Below the pieces are notes generated by a model. It saw nothing but the letters and a program-made list of their open reading frames with translations. It did not search any database and was not told the origin of the DNA. 24,162 nucleotides of DNA from Candidatus Zixiibacteriota bacterium (GTDB lineage Bacteria > Zixibacteria > MSB-5A5 > DG-27), in the NCBI GenBank assembly GCA_046759085.1, contig JBHIBM010000001.1:1-24162 (forward strand), written 5' to 3'. Position numbers and translations under genes: made by a program. Of the stretch, positions 9,415 through 16,120 are shown one piece after another; the first letter of the stretch is position 1; each line of letters starts with the position of its first letter.

Positions 9415-10203
9415 CTAGAATTTCTTGGTTATCGTTAACTTGCAGATCTTGTCGGCGTCTCGATCTTCAATTCGGAAATCTATCGCTACCTCCTCCTCTG
9501 AGAGTTTATCGAAGTTGTACAGGTGGGCATTGACATAGGCATCGAACATGGAAACGAATACCCACGTCGCGGTTATCCATAGATAGAAATTGCGTTTGTC
9601 CTGAAACCGCTGATAGAGATCAAACTCCTTCTGCTCTTGAGGGATTTCTGGAACTTGAAACTGCGTGCCGCGGGGTAGAATTGTCACCCCGGAGGTGTGC
9701 AAGAAGTCTCCGCGACTATACTTTTGGGCGAACTCGAATCTCTCCTGGTGCTTGTTGGTCAGGCTCCAGAAGTTGCAAATTGCCCCGATGAAGATGACTT
9801 CCCCGATCCCGTATATGGTGGCTCTCATATAGTTGCGGGTGTAAATCTGCCCCCAGCCGGGCAATGCCAGGGAGCGAAAGAGAGCACCGGTGGGGCTTTT
9901 CTCCAGAAGTTGTGTCTCCAGAGCCTGGATGACAGGGGAGCTTTCCTCTTCGCTCCTCTTCGGGCTTTCCTGGAGTCTGGTGCTGTCAGGGAGACTCTTT
10001 GGGCTGTCTCCCTCGCTGACGTACGAGGCGAGGAAGAAGCTGGACGGTTTCGGGAATGTGTGAACGTGACCAAGGAGAACAGATTCCCCTCCGGTCGCTT
10101 GTCCTCCCGGGGCTATCTTAGCAGCGCATAAAATCAGAAAGAGGGGAAAGAAGAGCCTAATGACGTTGAACTTCGAATTGGACCGATTCGCTTCCCTGAT
10201 CAC
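9415..10203 (-). CDS. DUF5683-like membrane/outer-membrane protein
   Basis: KSPTGALFRSLALPGWGQIY and W..S.FDAYV.AHL motifs; hydrophobic N-terminus; C-terminal strand ending in F. Start uncertain. Confidence 0.75.
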   Translation of the reverse strand: MIREANRSNSKFNVIRLFFPLFLILCAAKIAPGGQATGGESVLLGHVHTFPKPSSFFLASYVSEGDSPKSLPDSTRLQESPKRSEEESSPVIQALETQLLEKSPTGALFRSLALPGWGQIYTRNYMRATIYGIGEVIFIGAICNFWSLTNKHQERFEFAQKYSRGDFLHTSGVTILPRGTQFQVPEIPQEQKEFDLYQRFQDKRNFYLWITATWVFVSMFDAYVNAHLYNFDKLSEEEVAIDFRIEDRDADKICKLTITKKF

Positions 10204-10212
10204 TGTGGAGTC

Positions 10213-11106
10213 TTACAGTTTGGAGATCACCTTCAGTTTCTTGGGGAGGAGGTCGGCGCGGAGGCGATGTAGGTCTGTGCCCAGGATTTCCCCGTCGAGG
10301 TGAGCTGTGAATGGGGTTTCCGATTCCACCTCCACCTTGCGGCCCCGAAACATCTTGACCGATCTTAAGTGGGGAATATTCCCCTTCGAGAGCCTGGGCA
10401 GATAGTAGAACATCTTCAGTTTGCTGACTCTTTCGATCAGACAGATATCCAAGAGTCCGTCATCCGCGGAGGCGAAGGGCGTCAATTGAAAGCCGCCTCC
10501 GGTGGAGGCTCCGTTGCCGACGGCAATCAGAGTTGTTCTACCCTGCAGTTCGTAATCTTCGATTCTCACCTTCATCTGCGGGGGATGATAAAGAGGGATG
10601 GTCTTCAAGGTTGCGTAGAGGTAGAGGGGGGATCCCCTCAAGAGGTGAGTTCTGCTTGCCCTTCTGGCGATGGTGCCATTCAGGCCAACTCCCAGAGCGT
10701 TGAAGAAGAATCTGTTATCTCCCAGACTCCCGACATCGATTCTGCGAAATCTTCCCGCCGTCAGAGCCTTACAGCATGCCAGGAGGCTTGAATCGATTCC
10801 GGTTATTCTGAAGAAGTCGTTGCCATTACCCGTCGGTATGACTCCCAGGGCGACCTCGGTTCCCACCAGTGAGGTAGCGACCTCGTTGACAGTGCCGTCC
10901 CCTCCGACCGCAACCACAACCCCACAGCCAAGCTTGACCGCCAGATGGGCAATCGCCTTTGCCTCTTTGGGCTTGGAGGTGATTTGGAGATCGAGGTCCC
11001 CTCCCAGTTCCCCCAAGAATCTCTGTATTTTGGGGATGGCCCTTAAACCCGCTCCCCCTCCGGCAACCGGATTCACAATCAATTTCATCCTTTGACGTCT
11101 GGGCAA
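10213..11106 (-). CDS. Diacylglycerol/lipid kinase family protein (YegS/Rv2252/BmrU)
   Basis: IVNP.AG, GGDGTVNEV, PTGNGNDF, DDGLLDI and LDGE motifs. TTG 11106 has a GGAGAGG RBS; ATG 11088 is the alternative start. Confidence 0.93.
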   Translation of the reverse strand: MPRRQRMKLIVNPVAGGGAGLRAIPKIQRFLGELGGDLDLQITSKPKEAKAIAHLAVKLGCGVVVAVGGDGTVNEVATSLVGTEVALGVIPTGNGNDFFRITGIDSSLLACCKALTAGRFRRIDVGSLGDNRFFFNALGVGLNGTIARRASRTHLLRGSPLYLYATLKTIPLYHPPQMKVRIEDYELQGRTTLIAVGNGASTGGGFQLTPFASADDGLLDICLIERVSKLKMFYYLPRLSKGNIPHLRSVKMFRGRKVEVESETPFTAHLDGEILGTDLHRLRADLLPKKLKVISKL

Positions 11107-11108
11107 AA

Positions 11109-11297
11109 GACCTCTCCGCTTAGTCAGGTATGCCTTAAGTAATATAGGTCCGCACCTTTTCACAAGTTAAAATTGAGCTTCGCTTAGGCCCCCGGTTTCT
11201 CTGCACCCGAGGTGAACGAGAAACGTCTAGCGGTCGTGCTCTACGCCTCCCCAGGTGCGCATTTTCAGGTCAGGTGTGAGATTGAGGTTAAGAGGTC
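11109..11297 (+). ncRNA. Candidate 6S RNA (SsrS-like): 189-nt rod with a central bubble
   Basis: Nested helices found by eye: 11109-15/11291-97, 11119-25/11280-86, 11129-35/11272-78, 11151-57/11253-59, bubble 11158-74/11242-52, 11175-78/11238-41, 11181-89/11225-32, 11195-201/11218-24, 11204-07/11211-14. Six G-U pairs favour the + strand, but the strand is not certain. Confidence 0.55.
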
Positions 11298-11446
11298 AAA
11301 CCATTTGACGATAAATTTGAAGAACAGATTAAAGTTCTCTTTGTTTGAAATGGAAGTTTCCCCACAAAATCCGACGATTCATCTGACAAACTTCTCAACT
11401 TCATTTACAGAGGTGATTGTCGCCGGGCAAAGGAGGTGAAGGTTTG

Positions 11447-11650
11447 ATGCCCACGGGAAAAGTGAAATGGTTTAACGACCGCAAGGGATACGGTTTCATC
11501 GAGGGAGAGGAGGAAGACAAAGACATTTTCGTCCATTTCTCCGTAATCCAGGAAAATGGTTTCAGGACCTTGCTGCCTGGCCAGGAGGTGGAATACAGCA
11601 TAACGGAGGGACCCAAAGGACCGCTGGCAACCAAGGTGGTGAAACTCTAA
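11447..11650 (+). CDS. csp: Cold-shock protein (CspA family)
   Basis: [18 protein letters not shown] (RNP1) and DIFVHFS (RNP2); AGGAGGTG RBS at 11431-11438. Confidence 0.97.
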   Translation: MPTGKVKWFNDRKGYGFIEGEEEDKDIFVHFSVIQENGFRTLLPGQEVEYSITEGPKGPLATKVVKL

Positions 11651-11668
11651 CAGATAGGGTAGAGGGGG

Positions 11669-11695
11669 AGCCCCGGAAATCCCGGGGCTTTTTTT
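11669..11695 (+). terminator. Rho-independent terminator of csp
   Basis: AGCCCCGG-AAATC-CCGGGGCT stem-loop followed by a T-run. Confidence 0.88.
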
Positions 11696-11983
11696 GTTTG
11701 CCCGAATCAGCAGGCCGCTCTGCCAAACGTGATCTGCGACAGAGAGCCACCTGATCTACGAGAATACCTTTCGCCAAAGGGATGGCAGAAAAAAACCACA
11801 AGGGACACTTCAACAGCCTCAAGAAAAGCTGATAGAGGCATCGTTTTGGCTGCAATCTTGTTTTCTGCACGCTCCCGCAGAACACTCCCTGTTCTATCCT
11901 CTTTTTGACCAGAACTGAAGCCACACGACTGGCTGACAAAGCTGTCTGGTATCAATCACGATCATGTGCGCCAAGGATTTTCC

Positions 11984-12011
11984 TTGACAATACAGACCGA
12001 GCAGTTATATT
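11984..12011 (+). promoter_or_regulatory. Putative sigma70 promoter for beta-helix paralogues B and C
   Basis: Perfect TTGACA (11984-89), 16-nt spacer, TATATT (12006-11). Confidence 0.55.
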
Positions 12012-12080
12012 AATATAGATTACTGAGCTTTTATGGGTGGGGTTTACATTTTCAATAGCTTTAACCAGGGGAATGCGAAG

Positions 12081-14048
12081 ATGTTAAGAAATCTTTTAGT
12101 AGTAACGGTTTTGGTCAACCTCGGTCTGTGCCTCCAGATCGGTGCCACCACTTATTATGTTTCTCCAGACGGGGAGAACAGCTACAATGGGCTTTCGCCG
12201 GATAGCGCCTGGAGAAACGTTTCTTGTGCTACCCTTCAGGTTGGGAATAATCCCGCAGACCCCGACACCGTCTTGGTCTATCCAGGCCTGTACGACATGG
12301 AGGCAGGCGAGGTCTTTCCGGTGCGGGTGCGGAGTTACACCACCTTAGCTGGGCTGGATACCGGTGTCGTTCTCTCTGCAGCGGACACTGTCAACGTTGA
12401 GGTCATCCGCATCAAACGACACCAACTGGTTCAGATCGAAAACTTAGAGATAACCGCTGGAGACGGGGGCATAAACGCTCAAACTTGCTCCAAGCTGATA
12501 ATAAAGGATAATTATATTCACCACAACCAGCGTCGCAGTCTTCTGGACAACCCCTTCGGTGGTGGCATCGCGGTTCTGGGATCTGGAGAGGTTACGATTA
12601 AGGGCAATCTCATCAGTGAGAACGAGATTTCTCAGACTCAGAGGGTATATGCCGGGGGCGGGTTAGGAGTTATTCAAAGCGACCTGGTCACAATAGACAG
12701 CAACACGGTGTCCTCCAACACTGTTGAGTATGCCGGGATAGCCTGCGGTGGGGGAATGGCCCTGGCTGAATGCGATCTGGTGAATATCACCGACAACACC
12801 GTAGATAGTAACCTGGTGAAAAGCATTACTGACAAGGCCGAGTCCTCCGGCGGAGGTCTCTATCTGACGGGGTGTCGAGAGCTCTTAATCCAGGGGAACA
12901 GTATACGCCAGAATGCTCTCTACCGGTGGACGCCTCAAGATACCTGCCTCAGCCATGGTGGTGGAATCTACATCGTCGACGGTTCTGGTCAGGCTACCCT
13001 AAGCGAGAATCTGATTTCAGGCAACTACTCTATCGGCAACTGTGAGTTCGCCCGGGGCGATGGCGGAGGGGTAAAGGTAGATAACGCCTCTGCCATCTTC
13101 ATCGACAACACCATTGTCGGCAACGAGGCTGAGTATGGAATCGGGGCCGATGGTTGGGGGGGAGGGGTATGTGTGGATTCTCAATCTGTATGTTCCTTCT
13201 CTGGCAACCGTATATACGGTAACCGTGCTGGCAGTGGGGGAGGCATCGGCGTCTACTTCCCGGACAGTTTGATGGTCGGTGGTTCTCCTGGCCACGGGAA
13301 TGATCTCTACGATAACGTTGCCGAGAGGGGTGATGACCTCTGGAGATACTATTACGCCCCGCCCGAGACCATCCTCGCCACTTTCAACTACTTCGGGGGA
13401 GAGCCCAACGAAAACCGGGTTTATCCCTTCGAATATTGGGATGTCGGTTTCTGGCGCGATAACCCCATCGATGAGAACGAACCTCCGCGGATAATGGACT
13501 ACTCTCCCGCCTTTGTGGAGACGACGCTGGACATTGGTGACACGCTCCTTTTCTGGGTCGAAGTCCTGGATTACGACGGAGACTCAACCTTGACTTCGTG
13601 GCTTTTGGACGGTGAGCACCTTGCGGATGGTGACAGCTTCCTCTTCATAGCTGACTCTCAGTATGCGGGCTACGATACCCTCCGGGCTGCGGTGGCTGAC
13701 TTTGAGGATACCACCAGTCATTACTGGTATATGCAGGTGGGGCCCACCTCGGTGCCATTTGGAGAGGGAGACAAAAACCTCCCGGAGCAGTTTGCCCTTT
13801 TAGACAACTACCCGAATCCGTTTAACGCCTCAACGGTGATAAGATACCAACTGCCGCGGCCTTGTCCTGTTCGCCTGGAGATATTCGACATCTTGGGGCG
13901 AAAAGTCACCACTCTGGTGGACCGGAGAGAGAAAGCTGGCCATAAGTCTGCGGTCTGGTATGCTGAAGATGTTGCCACTGGTTTTTACTTTTGCAGGTTG
14001 ACTGCGGGCGACTTCAGTGCCACGGAGAGAATGGTGCTTTTGAAGTAG
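12081..14048 (+). CDS. Secreted parallel beta-helix protein with T9SS-type CTD, paralogue B
   Basis: AGGGGAA RBS supports ATG 12081 (the track starts at 12033); signal peptide; same architecture as paralogue A; CTD LLDNYPNPFN...RMVLLK*. Confidence 0.87.
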   Translation: MLRNLLVVTVLVNLGLCLQIGATTYYVSPDGENSYNGLSPDSAWRNVSCATLQVGNNPADPDTVLVYPGLYDMEAGEVFPVRVRSYTTLAGLDTGVVLSAADTVNVEVIRIKRHQLVQIENLEITAGDGGINAQTCSKLIIKDNYIHHNQRRSLLDNPFGGGIAVLGSGEVTIKGNLISENEISQTQRVYAGGGLGVIQSDLVTIDSNTVSSNTVEYAGIACGGGMALAECDLVNITDNTVDSNLVKSITDKAESSGGGLYLTGCRELLIQGNSIRQNALYRWTPQDTCLSHGGGIYIVDGSGQATLSENLISGNYSIGNCEFARGDGGGVKVDNASAIFIDNTIVGNEAEYGIGADGWGGGVCVDSQSVCSFSGNRIYGNRAGSGGGIGVYFPDSLMVGGSPGHGNDLYDNVAERGDDLWRYYYAPPETILATFNYFGGEPNENRVYPFEYWDVGFWRDNPIDENEPPRIMDYSPAFVETTLDIGDTLLFWVEVLDYDGDSTLTSWLLDGEHLADGDSFLFIADSQYAGYDTLRAAVADFEDTTSHYWYMQVGPTSVPFGEGDKNLPEQFALLDNYPNPFNASTVIRYQLPRPCPVRLEIFDILGRKVTTLVDRREKAGHKSAVWYAEDVATGFYFCRLTAGDFSATERMVLLK

Positions 14049-14061
14049 GGGGAGATTCAAG

Positions 14062-16011
14062 ATGTTTACGAGGTTCTTAGGGGGAGCGATATTGAGCCTA
14101 CTGCTGTTCGTTCCGAGCTTTGCTACTGTCTACTATGTTTCTACAGAGGGGGACAATGGCAATAACGGGCTTTCTCCGGACAGTGCCTGGCGGAATGTCT
14201 CATATGCCACCCAGCAGGTGGGGAATGACCCCGGTGACCCTGACACCGTCTTTGTCTATCCAGGTCTTTACGATTCTGGGGCTGGGGAGACCTTTCCGAT
14301 AGATGTACGGAGCTACACTTCGCTCATTGGGCTTGACAGCATAGCTGTCCTTTCGGGAGACAGCTATGATTGGCCGGTAGTCAGCGTCTCTGAAGAGAGG
14401 GAGATACTGATCGAGACCCTTGAGATAAGGAATGGCGGTGGAGGCATCCAAGCGGAAAACTGCACCACGTTGGTTCTATACAGGAATCATATTCATGACA
14501 ACAAGCGCTACAAACCGAGGCTGAGTCTATACGGTGGCGGAATGAGAATAGCGGAATGCAAGAGCGTCAGCATACTGGATGTCGTTGCGGAGTCCAACGA
14601 AGTGCTTCTTGAAGATGCTACCATCGACGCAGGGGGAGGAGGCATAGCAGCTGCAGGAAGTGACTCAATCCTGATAGATGGTTGCACGATCTCTGGCAAT
14701 ATCGTTTCAACAAAGGGCGACGCTATGGGAGGGGGACTATACATGTCTGGAGTTGATTCTCTGTATGTCATCGGAAACGTTATAGAAGACAATCTGGCAA
14801 AGTCGATAGGCCGCCCTTGGCCGGAGGCTTACGGAGGTGGCGTATATCTCAACGCCTGTGGGGAGACAAGCATTAGTGGGAACGTCGTATCCGGCAATGA
14901 AGCCGAAGCTTTCGCACAGGAGGAGTGCGGTGGTGCGGGCGGTGGAGTCTACTTGTCCGCCTGCCGCACGACGGTGGCGTTTTCGAGCAATCTTATCTCG
15001 CACAACGAAATGGATGTATCCTGTCGGACCGGCCATGGCGATGGCGGCGGCGTCTATGTTGGCAACTGCCCAATCATATTCACGGACAACATTATCAACG
15101 ATAACGGTGCTGACTATGGTGGCGGGGTATTTGCGCCCAATTCGAAGACATGTTCTTTCTTCCGCAATCAGATACATGCTAATCATGCATACGATGGTGG
15201 TGGCATCGGTGCTGTGACAGCCTCGCCGGAATCGCTAGTTGTCGGTGGTTCGCCTGGTTGGGGAAATGACATATATGGAAACACTGCTGGCGCAGGCGAC
15301 GAGCTTCGTAGATACTCTCCGATATACGGGATGGCTTCAGCGAATTTCAACTACTTCGATGGTGAGCCGGACGAAAGCAAGGTCTATCCGGCCCACGGTT
15401 GGGATACCCGTTTCTGGCGGCTGAACCCCATAGGCGAGAATGAGCCCCCGCATATCATTGATTACTTTCCTGCCGTTGCTGAGACCACTCTCAACATCGG
15501 TGACTCTCTTCTCTTCTGGGTGGATGTGCTCGATTACGATGGTGACACTACTTCGAGCTGGTGGCTCTTAAATGGAACCCAAGTCGCCGATGGTGACAGC
15601 TTCTTGTTCATTGCGGATTCTCAGTATGCCGGTTATGATACCATTCAGGCTGCGGTGACAGATTACATAGACACTACCACTCAGGATTGGCTGGTTTTTG
15701 TGGGTCAGACGGGAGTGACATCTGAGGAGACAGAAAGGAATCTGCCTAGACAGTTTGCTCTTCGGGACAATTACCCGAATCCGTTCAATGCTTCGACTAT
15801 CATAAGATATGAGCTTCCTCGAGACTGCCATGTTTGTTTGGAGATCTTCGACCTTTTGGGGCGAAAGGCGGCTACGCTTGTGAATGGAAAAGAGAAGGCG
15901 GGCTACAAGCTGGTCATCTGGAATGCGAGGACAGCCGCTACAGGATTTTACTTCTATAGACTATCTGCTGGAGATTTCTCTGATACCAAGAAGATGGTGT
16001 TGTTGAAATAA
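14062..16011 (+). CDS. Secreted parallel beta-helix protein with T9SS-type CTD, paralogue C
   Basis: GGGGGAG RBS; 13 bp after paralogue B; signal peptide; GGG(I/V)..N repeats; CTD LRDNYPNPFN...KMVLLK*. Confidence 0.87.
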   Translation: MFTRFLGGAILSLLLFVPSFATVYYVSTEGDNGNNGLSPDSAWRNVSYATQQVGNDPGDPDTVFVYPGLYDSGAGETFPIDVRSYTSLIGLDSIAVLSGDSYDWPVVSVSEEREILIETLEIRNGGGGIQAENCTTLVLYRNHIHDNKRYKPRLSLYGGGMRIAECKSVSILDVVAESNEVLLEDATIDAGGGGIAAAGSDSILIDGCTISGNIVSTKGDAMGGGLYMSGVDSLYVIGNVIEDNLAKSIGRPWPEAYGGGVYLNACGETSISGNVVSGNEAEAFAQEECGGAGGGVYLSACRTTVAFSSNLISHNEMDVSCRTGHGDGGGVYVGNCPIIFTDNIINDNGADYGGGVFAPNSKTCSFFRNQIHANHAYDGGGIGAVTASPESLVVGGSPGWGNDIYGNTAGAGDELRRYSPIYGMASANFNYFDGEPDESKVYPAHGWDTRFWRLNPIGENEPPHIIDYFPAVAETTLNIGDSLLFWVDVLDYDGDTTSSWWLLNGTQVADGDSFLFIADSQYAGYDTIQAAVTDYIDTTTQDWLVFVGQTGVTSEETERNLPRQFALRDNYPNPFNASTIIRYELPRDCHVCLEIFDLLGRKAATLVNGKEKAGYKLVIWNARTAATGFYFYRLSAGDFSDTKKMVLLK

Positions 16012-16120
16012 TATTACGGTCTGACTTCGATTCATACGGATTCGAGATAATCAGATATCACAACCCAAACACGATCTACATCGTTTCTTCATAGATTTGA
16101 AGATTCATTTCGGGGCTCAA

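Noticed and set aside
11107-11163. Extension of the lipid kinase ORF to 11163
   Set aside because: No RBS; it runs through the structured RNA region, and a better TTG start with an RBS lies at 11106.
11175-11200. AAACCGGGGGCCTAAG on the minus strand, loosely like a c-di-GMP-I riboswitch segment
   Set aside because: The GGCAAAC..GAAA..GGGACGCAAA core is missing, and the rod-with-bubble model explains the region better.
11417-11446. N-terminal extension of csp from GTG 11417
   Set aside because: The AGGAGGTG RBS points to ATG 11447, and the family starts at MPTGKVKWF.
11697-11970. Intergenic stretch with short ORFs (11562-11939, 11707-11955, and a 16-codon MAEKNHKGHFNSLKKS at 11782)
   Set aside because: No recognisable motif, repeat or stable structure; it cannot be supported as a gene or remnant.
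2071-16011. Beta-helix paralogues considered as diversity-generating-retroelement targets
   Set aside because: No reverse transcriptase and no TR/VR pair with adenine-specific mismatches was seen.
16012-16120. AT-rich gap between convergent genes with two small hairpins (ACGAT-N4-ATCGT, TCTTCA-N6-TGAAGA)
   Set aside because: The stems are weak and AT-rich with no U-tract, so they are not credible as an intrinsic terminator or repeat element.
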